DNA from: Candidatus Enterousia sp.
GTDB lineage: Bacteria > Pseudomonadota > Alphaproteobacteria > Rs-D84
DNA length: 56,153 nt
Direction: 5' to 3'
NCBI GenBank assembly: GCA_045629645.1
Contig: JAZQRR010000018.1
Location: 1 to 56,153 of the forward strand
Shown here: positions 1-10,800 of the stretch, piece after piece
Numbering within the stretch: the first letter of the stretch is position 1
How the letters are laid out: every line of letters starts with the position of its first letter
Notes under the pieces: model-generated
What the model was told of the DNA's origin: nothing
Databases searched by the model: none
Seen by the model: only the letters and a program-made list of their open reading frames with translations
Translations under genes and position numbers: made by a program

Positions 1-10
1 AAAAAAAACT

Positions 11-43
11 TTGTCATCCTGGGGCTTGACCCCAGGACCCAGG
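11..43 (+). repeat. REP-like palindrome, copy 1 (TTGTCATCCTGGGG-CTTGA-CCCCAGGACCCAGG)
   Basis: TCCTGGGG/CCCCAGGA stem with a TGTCA 5' tag; near-identical inverted copies at 382-414 and 470-502. Confidence 0.9.
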
Positions 44-54
44 TAGTGTGTTCC

Positions 55-363
55 TTATAATAAATTATTTAAATCTTCGTATAAATCGCGCCACCCAGGA
101 TTAGTGCGTTCTATCAAATCTTTTTTCCAGTTGCGTTTCCAGTATTTTAATCTTTTTTCATGTTTGATGGCTTCGTGTACATCAGAAAAGCGTTCAAAAT
201 ACACCAGTTTTTCAACATTATATCGGCTTGTAAATCCTGGTAACAAATGGTTTTTATGTTCAAAAATTCTTTGTGGTAAATTACTTGTAACACCAATGTA
301 CAATGTGCCGTTTTTCTGGCTTGCCATTATATAAACATAATAATATTTTTGATAACCGTACAT
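55..363 (-). CDS. Small stand-alone GIY-YIG nuclease (UPF0213/YhbQ-like)
   Basis: YYVYIMAS...TLYIGVTSNL..RIFEHK, FTSRY.V.KLVYFE, EA..HEKRLK.WKR.WK..LIE..NP.W.DL. Confidence 0.93.
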   Translation of the reverse strand: MYGYQKYYYVYIMASQKNGTLYIGVTSNLPQRIFEHKNHLLPGFTSRYNVEKLVYFERFSDVHEAIKHEKRLKYWKRNWKKDLIERTNPGWRDLYEDLNNLL

Positions 364-377
364 GTTTTATATGATAC

Positions 378-542
378 ATAACCTGGTTCCTGGGGTCAAG
401 CCCCAGGATGACAAGGAAGTAGGAATTTAAACGAATAAAAACAGTTCTTAATTTTTATTTATGGAATAACCTGGTTCCTGGGGTCAAGCCCCAGGATGAC
501 AAGGAAGTAGGGGTTTAAACGAATAAAAACAGTTCTTAATTT
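378..542 (-). repeat. Tandem duplication (88-bp period) carrying REP-like copies 2 and 3 (382-414, 470-502), inverted relative to copy 1
   Basis: CCTGGTTCCTGGGGTCAAGCCCCAGGATGACAAGGAAGTAGG..TTTAAACGAATAAAAACAGTTCTTAATTT occurs twice. Confidence 0.9.
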
Positions 543-625
543 CTGAGTGTGTCTGTTGTGGGGAATCGTTCCTGTGTATTACTGTGCGGGTGGGTGATAT
601 AATCATATACGCCAAGGAGGAAAAA

Positions 626-1099
626 ATGAAAAAATTTTTTAAATTTGTTTTGGCGATGATTATCGCGTTCTTGCCAGGGATTTTTGGTGTAATCTTTACG
701 CCCAGCCACAGTAACGACGCATGGTATAATGCGTTGAATAATTCTGTGCTGACCCCAGATGGTTGGGTGTTCGGTGTCGCGTGGACAATATTGTATGCGC
801 TGTTGGGTGTCGCGTTGTTCTTGATTATGAATAACGAAAAAACACGCGTAAAGAAAACTAAATCTTATGTGCTGTTCGTTGTGCAGATGATTTTAAATGC
901 AGCATGGACTTATTTGTTCTTTGGTTTGCATTTGGTTGGGGCGGCGTTGCTGTGCCTGGTTGTGCTGATTGCGATTTCTGTGTGGATGTTGCGCGCGTTC
1001 AAGCATGTCAGCAAAACAGCATCTTATCTGGTTTGGCCATACGTTATATGGATGTGCTTTGCTTTATACCTGAACGGAACAATTTTGTTCTTGAATTAA
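626..1099 (+). CDS. tspO: TspO/MBR family tryptophan-rich membrane protein
   Basis: WYNAL...LTPDGWVFGVAWTILYALLG, LNAAWTYLFFG, LVWPYVIW; AAGGAGG RBS before ATG 626. Confidence 0.92.
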   Translation: MKKFFKFVLAMIIAFLPGIFGVIFTPSHSNDAWYNALNNSVLTPDGWVFGVAWTILYALLGVALFLIMNNEKTRVKKTKSYVLFVVQMILNAAWTYLFFGLHLVGAALLCLVVLIAISVWMLRAFKHVSKTASYLVWPYVIWMCFALYLNGTILFLN

Positions 1100-1431
1100 A
1101 TCTTTAAAATCTTGACCCCAGGGTCGCCAATATTTAAATACTTCAGCCCCAGTTCGGATACGTAATCGGGGCTGTAATTCTGTAATAATTCAATGTGATG
1201 CTGTATCGTGTCCAGCGTCGCACGTTCCGCGCTTAATTGTTCCTGGGCGTTGTGTATGTGCCATATGTTCATGCCAAAACGCTGAATATTAACGTCGCCA
1301 CAAAACATACCAATAAACATAAAGCCAGAAAACAATGTCAGTATAACGCCGCATTTGCCGTAAATGCCGCCACACCATGCACGTTTTAGAAATGTAAATA
1401 ATTTTTTGATTTTTCCTTTCATCAATGGCAT
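1096..1431 (-). CDS. FtsB/DivIC-like septum formation initiator
   Basis: Single TM, short coiled coil, then SPDYVSELGLKYLNIGDPGVKI resembling the FtsB DxDxxEExAR..LG...PGE motif. Confidence 0.6.
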   Translation of the reverse strand: MPLMKGKIKKLFTFLKRAWCGGIYGKCGVILTLFSGFMFIGMFCGDVNIQRFGMNIWHIHNAQEQLSAERATLDTIQHHIELLQNYSPDYVSELGLKYLNIGDPGVKILKI

Positions 1432-1441
1432 TATATCATAA

Positions 1442-2353
1442 ATGTTTATGAATAAGCAAATCTTTGCTGCACCTTTGGCAGGAATTTCTGATAAACCATT
1501 TAGGCAAATGGTGCGTATGTTCGCGCCAGATGTGTCAATGGTAACTGAAATGATTTCTTGTCATTCGCTGGTCGGGGCACATAAAAACTGTCTGCGAAAC
1601 TTTGACAGATATGATGATGAAGGTAATGTCGGGGCACAAATTTTTGGCGCAGATCCTGAATTAATGGCAGATGCTGCAAAAATACTGGCCGATGCAGGGG
1701 CGCGTTGGATTGATATTAATATGGGGTGTCCTGTGCCCAAGGTGGCAACACGCGCCGGCGCAGGGGCGCACTTGATGCAGGACCACCTGTTGGCAGAAAA
1801 AATTATGCGCGCAGTTGTGCAGGCTGTCGATATCCCTGTGTCTATTAAAACCAGATTGGGATGGGATGCAGAACATCAAAATTGGGCGGATTTAATAAAA
1901 ATTGCCGCAGATTGTGGCGTGAAATTTGCAACTTTGCATGGACGTACGCGCGCCCAGTTGTATGTCGGACCTGCAACGCTGCCCGCAATTCAAAATATGC
2001 CAATCCCAATCATCGCAAATGGCGATATTAAATCAATCGATGATATAAAACGCGCAGAACAAATGGGATACAGTGGCGCAATGATTGGACGGGGACTGAT
2101 GGGAAAACCATGGATAATGGCTGAACTGACAGGCGGAAACGCACCTGAAAATGTTGGTGAAATTGTGCTGAAACATCTGGAACTGGCGGTCGAATACTAT
2201 GGTGAACAAACCGCAATCCCAATGTTCAGAAAACACGCCGCATGGTACAGCGCAGGTATGCCAAAGTCGTCAGAATTCCGTATAAAAGTAAATCAAATAA
2301 CAAACAAAGACGCCTTAGTTGTTGCAATTCAAGAATTTTGGGGTATTATCTAA
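1442..2353 (+). CDS. dusB: tRNA-dihydrouridine synthase (DusB-like)
   Basis: APLAGISDKPFR, IDINMGCPVPKV, LHGRTRAQ, IANGDI, MIGRG, RKHAAWY. Confidence 0.93.
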   Translation: MFMNKQIFAAPLAGISDKPFRQMVRMFAPDVSMVTEMISCHSLVGAHKNCLRNFDRYDDEGNVGAQIFGADPELMADAAKILADAGARWIDINMGCPVPKVATRAGAGAHLMQDHLLAEKIMRAVVQAVDIPVSIKTRLGWDAEHQNWADLIKIAADCGVKFATLHGRTRAQLYVGPATLPAIQNMPIPIIANGDIKSIDDIKRAEQMGYSGAMIGRGLMGKPWIMAELTGGNAPENVGEIVLKHLELAVEYYGEQTAIPMFRKHAAWYSAGMPKSSEFRIKVNQITNKDALVVAIQEFWGII

Positions 2354-2386
2354 GAAATTAATTCAATAATGACAAGGGAATATTAT

Positions 2387-3244
2387 ATGACAGAAAATCT
2401 GGAAAATAATAACGAAGAAGTTGTTGCACAAGAAAATGCCGTAGAATTAACAGCAGGAGAAATGCTGCGTAATGCACGTACAACCGGACGCCGTAAACGT
2501 GAAATTCCAACAATATCAAAACAATTGTGTATCCGTGAAGAATTTTTAGAAGCGCTGGAAAATGGCGAATACAATGTTATACCAGAAGTTGTTTATATCT
2601 TGGGATTCGCACGTAACTATGCAATGGAATTGGGACTGAATCCTGATGAAGTAGTTGCAAAAATTAAAAAAGAAATGGGACTGGTGGCAGATTGTGCCGC
2701 AGATGATGAAGATGTGCCGGCGTGTGCAATGCCAAGTATCAAAGAAGAAAGCTGGTGGAAAATATGGTTCGTTAAGGCCTATCAATTCATTTATCAAAAT
2801 TGGAAATGGTTCGCTGGGGCGTTGGGATTGATTTTGGTCGTCGTTGTCGTAATGATGATGGTGTCTGGTACTGCTGATACAAAAACAGCAGATGTTGCGC
2901 CTGTTGTTGTAACAGATAGCGGTCTGGTAGAACCAAAATATAAACATACTGTGCGCGAAAAGTTCGGTACCGCAAATCGCGATAATGCAAATGTAATATT
3001 GCAGGCCGAACAAGAATCTTGGGTGAAAATCGAAGATGGACGCGGTAATACAGTGTTCAGTCGTGTCTTGGTGCCGGGGGATGTCTATTATGTGCCAGCA
3101 GGTGATAAATACAAGGCGACGTTCGGAAATGCCGGTGGAATTGATGTCTGGGTAAATGGAAAACTGATTCCAGATGTCGGACCAGATCATACTAGAAAGT
3201 CGGGTATTTCAATGGCTCCTGCCAGTCTGATGGCCGATAAATAA
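2387..3244 (+). CDS. rodZ: RodZ-like cytoskeleton protein (HTH - TM - DUF4115)
   Basis: GEMLRNAR...LEALENGEY..IP..VY..GF.RNYA..LGL, TM, C-terminal ESWVKIED...GNAGGI.V.VNGK. Confidence 0.85.
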   Translation: MTENLENNNEEVVAQENAVELTAGEMLRNARTTGRRKREIPTISKQLCIREEFLEALENGEYNVIPEVVYILGFARNYAMELGLNPDEVVAKIKKEMGLVADCAADDEDVPACAMPSIKEESWWKIWFVKAYQFIYQNWKWFAGALGLILVVVVVMMMVSGTADTKTADVAPVVVTDSGLVEPKYKHTVREKFGTANRDNANVILQAEQESWVKIEDGRGNTVFSRVLVPGDVYYVPAGDKYKATFGNAGGIDVWVNGKLIPDVGPDHTRKSGISMAPASLMADK

Positions 3245-3317
3245 GTTTGTTTTCATAAGGGCGAATTTTCCTTGCCCTTTGTATTGATTTTTACGATATT
3301 TTATCTATATTAGATGC

Positions 3318-6179
3318 ATGGCAAATGTAATAAAAATTCGTGGTGCACGCGAAAATAATCTTAAAAATATAGATTTGGACATACCAAAAAATAAATTGGT
3401 GGTCTTGACTGGTGTGTCCGGTTCTGGAAAATCTTCGTTGGCGTTTAATACAATTTACGCCGAAGGACAACGCAGATATGTTGAATCCTTGTCCAGTTAT
3501 GCACGACAGTTTCTGGATATGCAGAAAAAACCAGATGTCGATACAATCGAAGGGTTGTCGCCAGCCATTTCAATCGAACAAAAAACAACATCAAAAAATC
3601 CGCGTTCTACGGTCGGTACCGTAACAGAAATATACGATTATTTACGATTATTATGGGCGCGTATCGGGGTGCCTCATTCGCCTGTAACAGGGTTGCCAAT
3701 AAAATCGCAGACTGTTGCAGAAATGGTGGATTGGACAATGAAAATTCCACAAGATGTCAGAATCTTTATTCTGGCACCACTGGTGCGCGAACGCAAAGGG
3801 GAATATAAAAAAGAATTGGCTTTTTTGGTAAAACAGGGATATCAAAGGGCAATAATTGATGGTGATTTAACGGATTTGTCTGTCACACCAACATTGGATA
3901 AAAACAAAAAACATAATATTTTTGTTGTTGTGGACAGATTACAAATGCCCAAGGTTGATGCAAATACAGAAGAATTTCGGTCGCGATTGTATTCTTCGTT
4001 TGAAGGCGCGTTGCGTTTGGTGCCTGGGGCGGTAATGGTCCGCAGATTGGATACAAATGAAGATACTTTATATTCACAAAGTTATGCCTGTCCTGTCAGT
4101 GGTTTTACCGTGCCAAAAATAGAACCTCGTTTGTTTTCGTTTAATGCACCAATGGGGGCGTGTCAAAATTGTGATGGTCTGGGTGTGCAATTAAATATGT
4201 CGCCAGATTTGGTCGTGCCTGATCCAACAAAGTCTATATTGGGTGGCGCAATTGCACCGTGGTCGCGTGGGGGGATGTTAAGCCAGTTTGAACACTTGTT
4301 AGATGCGCTGAATAAAAAGTTCAAAATACCAATGTCAAAGCCATGGCATACTTTGACCCAAGAACAAAAAGATTTGGTGCTGTACGGCAGCGGAGAACAG
4401 ACAATAAAAATTAATTGGAATGGTTTTGTTTATGAAAAGCCATATGAAGGTGTTATCCCTAATATTGAACGTCGTTGGCGTGAATCTGAATCAGAAGCAA
4501 TGCGTAACGAGTTGTCGAAATATCAATCTGAAAAACCATGTCCGGTATGTCATGGCAAACGCTTGAATATACAGGCGTTGTGTGTTCGTATAAATGGTGC
4601 AGATATCATGGATGTCTGTGATATGTCTGTGGATGACAGTCTGGCTTGGTTCCAAAACTTGCCACAGCATTTGTCTCAGAAAGATAATGAAATCGGACGC
4701 ATCGTTTTGCGTGAAATTACAGAAAGATTACAATTCTTGCAAAATGTTGGGTTGGGATATTTGGCCTTGTCTCGTATGGCTGGGACGTTGTCTGGTGGTG
4801 AAGCACAACGAATTCGTTTGGCATCGCAAATTGGCAGCGGTTTATCAGGTGTGTTATATGTTTTGGATGAACCGTCAATCGGATTGCATCAAAGTGATAA
4901 TGATAAACTGCTGGAAACATTGAAAATGTTGCGCGATAAAGATAATACTGTGTTGGTCGTTGAACATGACGAAGATGCAATGCGTGCCGCAGATTATTTA
5001 ATTGATATAGGGCGGGGCGCAGGTATAAATGGCGGTAATGTTATTGCCGCAGGTACACCAGCACAGGTTATAAAAAATACAAATTCTATAACTGGGCAAT
5101 ATTTGTCCGGAAAGCGTAAAATTGCATTACCAAAAACACGTCGTTCGGGTAATGGAAAATCTATTGTTGTAAAAGGGGCGTGTGAAAACAATCTTAAAAA
5201 TATCGATGTAGAATTTCCGTTGGGAAAGTTTGTCGCGTTAACAGGCGTGTCGGGTTCTGGAAAATCTACGTTGTTATTAGATACGTTGTATCCTGCATTG
5301 ATGCGCGCAATGTATAATTCTAAGCTGGAAACGGGCAGACATGACGTAATTACCGGTATGGAAAATGTTGACAAGGTTGTTGATATAGATCAATCTCCAA
5401 TTGGGCGCAGTCCACGCAGTAATCCTGCAACATATACGGGCGTATTCGGCGATATTCGTGATTTCTTTGCTGCGTTGCCAGAATCCAAGGCGCGTGGATA
5501 TGGACCTGGGCGTTTCTCTTTTAATGTTAAAGGTGGACGTTGCGAGGCGTGTCAAGGTGATGGACAAATAAAGATAGAAATGAACTTCTTGGCAGATGTT
5601 TATGTTGAATGCGATTGTTGCCATGGCGCAAGATATAACGAAGAAACGCTGGCCGTGAAGTACAAAGGTAAATCTATCGCAGATGTCTTGAATATGACGG
5701 TAGAAGAAGCGTATAGGTTCTTTGTTAATGTGCCAAAGATTTCACGTAAGTTAGAATTGTTAAAGCGTGTGGGGATGGATTATATAAAACTGGGACAGAG
5801 TTCTTTGGATTTGTCCGGGGGTGAAGCACAACGTATTAAATTGTCGAAAGAGTTGGCCGCACGCAGCACCGGCGAGACGATATATATACTAGATGAACCA
5901 ACAACAGGATTGCATTTTGAAGATATAAAAATGCTGTTGTCCGTATTGCATGAATTGGTCGATCAAGGTAATACAGTAATTGTTATCGAACATAATCTTG
6001 AAGTTATAAAAACAGCTGATTGGGTTATAGATTTAGGACCAACAGGTGGGGCTGGTGGTGGGTGCTTGATTGCCGCAGGTACACCAGAAGATGTGGTCAA
6101 GGTACCAGAATCAAAGACAGGAAAATATTTAAATAAGTATCTGGACAAAACCGTAAAAATAAATAAAATAAAACAATAA
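3318..6179 (+). CDS. uvrA: Excinuclease ABC subunit A
   Basis: Two ABC ATPase domains ([22 protein letters not shown]) and zinc fingers. Confidence 0.99.
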   Translation: MANVIKIRGARENNLKNIDLDIPKNKLVVLTGVSGSGKSSLAFNTIYAEGQRRYVESLSSYARQFLDMQKKPDVDTIEGLSPAISIEQKTTSKNPRSTVGTVTEIYDYLRLLWARIGVPHSPVTGLPIKSQTVAEMVDWTMKIPQDVRIFILAPLVRERKGEYKKELAFLVKQGYQRAIIDGDLTDLSVTPTLDKNKKHNIFVVVDRLQMPKVDANTEEFRSRLYSSFEGALRLVPGAVMVRRLDTNEDTLYSQSYACPVSGFTVPKIEPRLFSFNAPMGACQNCDGLGVQLNMSPDLVVPDPTKSILGGAIAPWSRGGMLSQFEHLLDALNKKFKIPMSKPWHTLTQEQKDLVLYGSGEQTIKINWNGFVYEKPYEGVIPNIERRWRESESEAMRNELSKYQSEKPCPVCHGKRLNIQALCVRINGADIMDVCDMSVDDSLAWFQNLPQHLSQKDNEIGRIVLREITERLQFLQNVGLGYLALSRMAGTLSGGEAQRIRLASQIGSGLSGVLYVLDEPSIGLHQSDNDKLLETLKMLRDKDNTVLVVEHDEDAMRAADYLIDIGRGAGINGGNVIAAGTPAQVIKNTNSITGQYLSGKRKIALPKTRRSGNGKSIVVKGACENNLKNIDVEFPLGKFVALTGVSGSGKSTLLLDTLYPALMRAMYNSKLETGRHDVITGMENVDKVVDIDQSPIGRSPRSNPATYTGVFGDIRDFFAALPESKARGYGPGRFSFNVKGGRCEACQGDGQIKIEMNFLADVYVECDCCHGARYNEETLAVKYKGKSIADVLNMTVEEAYRFFVNVPKISRKLELLKRVGMDYIKLGQSSLDLSGGEAQRIKLSKELAARSTGETIYILDEPTTGLHFEDIKMLLSVLHELVDQGNTVIVIEHNLEVIKTADWVIDLGPTGGAGGGCLIAAGTPEDVVKVPESKTGKYLNKYLDKTVKINKIKQ

Positions 6180-6196
6180 TAGAAAAAGGAGTAGAA

Positions 6197-6697
6197 ATGT
6201 TTGGTTTTGGTAAAAAGAAAGAACAAAAAAAATTAGAAAATACAGAAACAACAATCAGTGCAGATAAAGGTGCTGATAAAATTCCATCAGGTATGAAGGA
6301 AACTGCACAACGTATGATGTCGGGTCAGTTCAATATGAACGATATGTTGGCACAATTGAAACAGATTAAAAAAATGAGCAATTTTAGCGGCTTATTAAAA
6401 ATGGTGCCGGGGATGAGTGGTGCTGTTAATGCGATGAAGGAAAAAATTAAAGATGGCAGTGTTGATGCGCAAATAAAATTATTAGAAGCAATGACACCTG
6501 CTGAACGCGCAGAACCAGAAAAAATATTCGCAAATGCCAAGGCTCGTATTGCAGAAACGGCGGGTTGTACGGTTCGTGATGTTGAACATATTATTAAACA
6601 ATATACAAAAATGAAACAACAAATGGCAATGATTCAACGTATGGGGGGAATGGAAGCTGTTATGCGGAAAATACAACAGTCTGGTGGCGCAAAATAA
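6197..6697 (+). CDS. Stand-alone SRP54/Ffh M-domain-like protein (no NG GTPase domain)
   Basis: GQFNMNDMLAQLKQIKKM...LLKMVPGM...AMTPAERAEPE.I....ARIA..AG..V.DV..IIKQY..MK, Met-rich. Confidence 0.8.
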   Translation: MFGFGKKKEQKKLENTETTISADKGADKIPSGMKETAQRMMSGQFNMNDMLAQLKQIKKMSNFSGLLKMVPGMSGAVNAMKEKIKDGSVDAQIKLLEAMTPAERAEPEKIFANAKARIAETAGCTVRDVEHIIKQYTKMKQQMAMIQRMGGMEAVMRKIQQSGGAK

Positions 6698-6703
6698 ATG
6701 TGA

Positions 6704-7033
6704 TTGATGATGAAAGGTAGTTCTCTATCAAACACAAAAGTTGTTAAAGATGTACCAGATGACGTTGTGGGGATTGTGGTGCAGAAACTTAGAAGATGGT
6801 TTGATTTTTTTCCAATAAGTGTTTCTGGACCAGCCCCTGTATTCGCAGATAATGCTGATGGTCAACGGTATCTTTATGGATATGTGATAAATATGTCTTA
6901 TAAATATCGTGGCAAAAAGTCAAAGTTATTTGAGAACAATGAAGAATTATACGGTTCTTGCAGTAAAGATAACGCATGGCGTTGCGCAATGATTTATTTT
7001 AAAAATAAAGAAAGGTTGATACGTCATCGTTGA
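6704..7033 (+). CDS. Hypothetical protein
   Basis: 109-aa ORF filling the gap in a co-oriented run; no recognised motif. Confidence 0.5.
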   Translation: MMMKGSSLSNTKVVKDVPDDVVGIVVQKLRRWFDFFPISVSGPAPVFADNADGQRYLYGYVINMSYKYRGKKSKLFENNEELYGSCSKDNAWRCAMIYFKNKERLIRHR

Positions 7034-7041
7034 GGAAGATT

Positions 7042-7704
7042 ATGAAAATAATAAACAAAAAAATTGCTAGTAAAAAATCTTCGGTTGCATGGTTACAGCG
7101 TCAGGCCGCTGACCCGTATGTCGCGCGCGCGCAAAAAGATGGTTACAGGGCGCGTGCTGCATACAAATTAATTGAGATGAACGAAAAATTCAAGTTTTTG
7201 AAAAATGGTCAGGTTGTTGTTGATTTAGGGGCAGCTCCTGGGTCTTGGTCCCAATATATTGCACGTACGTATCCAAAATCAAAAATTTTTGCAATGGATT
7301 TATTGGAAATATCGCCGATTGTTGGGGTTGATACCTATCAGGGAGATTTTACTTCGGATGAAGCCTTGCGTTGGCTGGAAGAAAAATTGGGGTTACAGCC
7401 GGATGAAGTCGGGGCTGGGACTGCGGATGTTATTGTTTCTGATATGGCGCCAAATACCGTTGGACATAAGAAAACAGACCATATTCGCCAGATGGTTTTG
7501 TTGGAATATGCTTTTGATTTTGCATTGCGCGCATTAAAGGTTGGGGGTACTTTTGTTTGTAAATCATTTACTGGCGGTACAACAAATGAATTATTAAAGC
7601 AAATCAAAGAAAAGTTTGAATCTGTTCATCATATAAAACCGCCTTCATCGCGTAAAGATAGTGTTGAAATGTTTATTGTTGCAATGGGGTTCAAAGGGGC
7701 ATAA
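7042..7704 (+). CDS. rlmE: 23S rRNA Um2552 methyltransferase RlmE/FtsJ
   Basis: WLQRQAADPYV, YRARAAYKL, VVDLGAAPGSWSQ, SDMAPN, KPPSSRKDSVE. Confidence 0.96.
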   Translation: MKIINKKIASKKSSVAWLQRQAADPYVARAQKDGYRARAAYKLIEMNEKFKFLKNGQVVVDLGAAPGSWSQYIARTYPKSKIFAMDLLEISPIVGVDTYQGDFTSDEALRWLEEKLGLQPDEVGAGTADVIVSDMAPNTVGHKKTDHIRQMVLLEYAFDFALRALKVGGTFVCKSFTGGTTNELLKQIKEKFESVHHIKPPSSRKDSVEMFIVAMGFKGA

Positions 7705-7824
7705 TTTTTATGCTTCTTTTATTTTTTTTGTAAAGAAAAAATATTTAATTTTTCGGTAAAAAAAGCGCTTGTCGTAAATATCTAAATGTTTTAGTATTTA
7801 GTATAATAGAAGGGAAGTTTTGTC

Positions 7825-10800
7825 TTGAAAGCGCGTGTTTTTGGGCTTTTTTTCGGATTTATGTTGATTCTTGGCGCAGTTACAAATGTACGTGCGGCTG
7901 GCTATGTTTGTGATTCAATCAAATATACATCTTGTGGGACTGGTTTTTATATGACACTTAATGGTTCTGCGAATTCAACCCCAACAACTGGAAATGCGTG
8001 TTCCACATGTCCAAGTGCCGCAGAATATTGTCCCGGTGGCACATACGCACCTGCGTACAAGGTTGCATTAAATGCAAATGGCGGTACGGGCGGCACAACG
8101 GCGATATATCGTGTTCAAAACGTTGGTTGGTTCAGCAGTTTAAAAAAAACAACAACCCCGGCAACTTCGCTTTCTGGTATTGGTGACCCTTTTTCTACGC
8201 TGCCGTCGAAACCAACCAGAACAGGTTATACTTTTAATGGCTTTTATGATGCTACATCTGGTGGAACGCAAACAATAACTTCTGCAGGTGTGGTTTCTGC
8301 CAGCAATGCTTATGGTACTGCGACTTGGTATGCGCAATGGACGGCAAAAACTCCCCTGATTACATTAAACGGTAATGGTGCAGGATATACCCCAACAACA
8401 AGTTGTACTATAAACAATAGTAAGAGTTCAGCATATTACGTTTATGATACAATGCAGTTTAAATGCGAAACTGGCAATTCCAACATAATTGAAGCACTTC
8501 CTATTCCAGTCAGAACAGGTTATAAATTTAAAGGATATTATAGTGCCGCATCCGGTGGAAAACAAATAACAGACGCATCTGGGGCGCTGATTAATAAAAA
8601 TTTCACAACAACAGATATGACAATATATGCACAATGGGAGCCGATTACATTCACAGTCATATATGTAGCCAACGGTGGTAGTGGCACTCAGATGGATAAT
8701 ACAAACTGTACATATGATTCCGATTGCTATATCACCAAGAATACATATACAAAAACAGGATATACATTTAAAAACTGGGCAGATAGAGACAACAGCAAAA
8801 CTTTTTCAGATGGTGAAAATGTTAAAAATGCTAGAACCACTAGTGGTGCAACTTTGTTTTTGTATGCACAGTGGACTGCAATTTCAAAGACTTGTTCTGC
8901 GGGACAGTACTTTAATGTAACAGAATGTGCGGATTGTACTTCGGGGTATTATTGTCCAAATGGTTCGAAAACGTATACATATAACGGAAGTATCCAAGGA
9001 CGTTATTCCTGTCCGGCGAATTCATCTACGAATGGTAAAACAGCACAAATTTCTTGTACGTGTGATACAGGATATAATTATAATGGCGGTACAACAACAG
9101 CGTCTGTATCCGGTGCATGTCAGGCAAACGCATATACAATCAAATATGATTCTGCGGGTGGATCGTCCGTATCCAGCACCAGCTGCACATACGGTTCTGC
9201 GTGTACGGTTACCACCACGGTTCCAACCAAAACAGGTTATACATTTACTGGCTGGAAGAATGGCAGTACATCATATACCAGCGGACAATCTGTTCAAAAC
9301 CTGACCAGCACAAACGGTGCTGCGGTTACATTAACCGCACAATGGACAGCAAATACATTTACGTTAAAACATGTTTCAGATGGTACTGTTGTAAGGGAAA
9401 AAACGTGTACATACGATTCTGCATGTACGGTTACAACCACTGTTCCAACCAAGACAGGTTATACATTTGGTGGCTGGTCATATAATGGTAAAATTTATAC
9501 CAGCGGACAAGACGTTAAAAATTTGGTTAACACAAATGGTGCTACGGTCACATTAACCGCACAGTGGACAGCAAAAAGTTATACTTGCGGTGCTGGAAAA
9601 TATTTAGATGGCACAGAATGTAAAGATTGTACGTCTGGATATTATTGTCCTGGGGATACATATACATACAACGCCGGTATCCAAGGGCGTAGCACTTGTC
9701 CAACAATTTATAACAATTCTGATGCAGGCGCATCAAGTAATAAGCAGTGTTATATCATAACTGAAGCGGGAAAAATGATTCTTTATCCATCATCAGGAAC
9801 GGAATCACTATGTTCTGCCAATTATTATTGTTCTGGTGGTGTCAAGATATATTATGGCGAGTATGGTGGTTCAACAGCATGTCCAGCAAATTCTTCAACC
9901 AATGGTGCCACGGGGCAGACAAAATGTGTCTGTGATACAGGGTATAATTATAATAATGGTACACAGGTGACTGTAAACGATTGTGTGCCAAATACATTTA
10001 CGGTGAAATATGATGCGGGATTAGGGGATGGTAATATGGCTGATATGGTTTGTAATTATGATGGTAATTGTGTTGCAGCCGATAATGCTTTTGTAAATAT
10101 TGGTCATAATTTTGTAGGCTGGTTGTGTAGCGGTGGCAGTTGCAATGGCAATATTATTCAAGCAGGTGCATCTTTGATTAATGCCACAGTTGAAAATAAT
10201 GCGGTTATTACGCTGACTGCACAGTGGTCAACCAGCGCAATTTCGTGCCCAGCAGGTGAATATTTGGATGGCGCTGATTGCAAGTCTTGTCCAGACGATT
10301 CTTATTGTGTGGGTGGTTCTTGGGAATATAATGGTCAAATCCAAGGGTTAGAAAAGTGCCCAGAAATAACCGATAAGTATGGCGCAGCAAATGCTGAATT
10401 GTTGGATGCGTTGGAACATACGCCACATTCTGCCGTGGATCAATGTCGTGCCGTGTTTGAATATGCAGAACGCTGGTACTTGGATTTTGTTAATAATACA
10501 AATGTTGATGCGGGGTATGATGAAAAAGTAAATGAACGTGGATTGTTCTTTGTCAGTTGTGATTATAACCCTGTGACACGTTTATATGATAAAAATTGTA
10601 CCGGTGTTGCATTGATGTGTGGTGCAGGATATTGGTCGCCTTATAATCAAAATACAACGGATGTTAATGACTTGATACAGAATATGTATATTGCAAACAG
10701 TCCACAAGATGCAATCGAAAACACTTGTACACAGGTTGGCGATGGTTATTGGTCGCCATCAGCAGAAGGAAAATTAGATAAAAATGCTAATGATTTGTTG

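Noticed and set aside
378..542. CRISPR array
   Set aside because: Only two units, the spacer-like part is itself duplicated, and no cas genes are present; fits a REP-like tandem duplication
2546..3190. Long antisense ORFs (also 16264-16905 and 33954-34595)
   Set aside because: Shadows of well-supported genes on the opposite strand, with no recognisable motifs
3245..3317. LexA box upstream of uvrA
   Set aside because: Neither GTTC-N7-GTTC nor CTGT-N8-ACAG is visible
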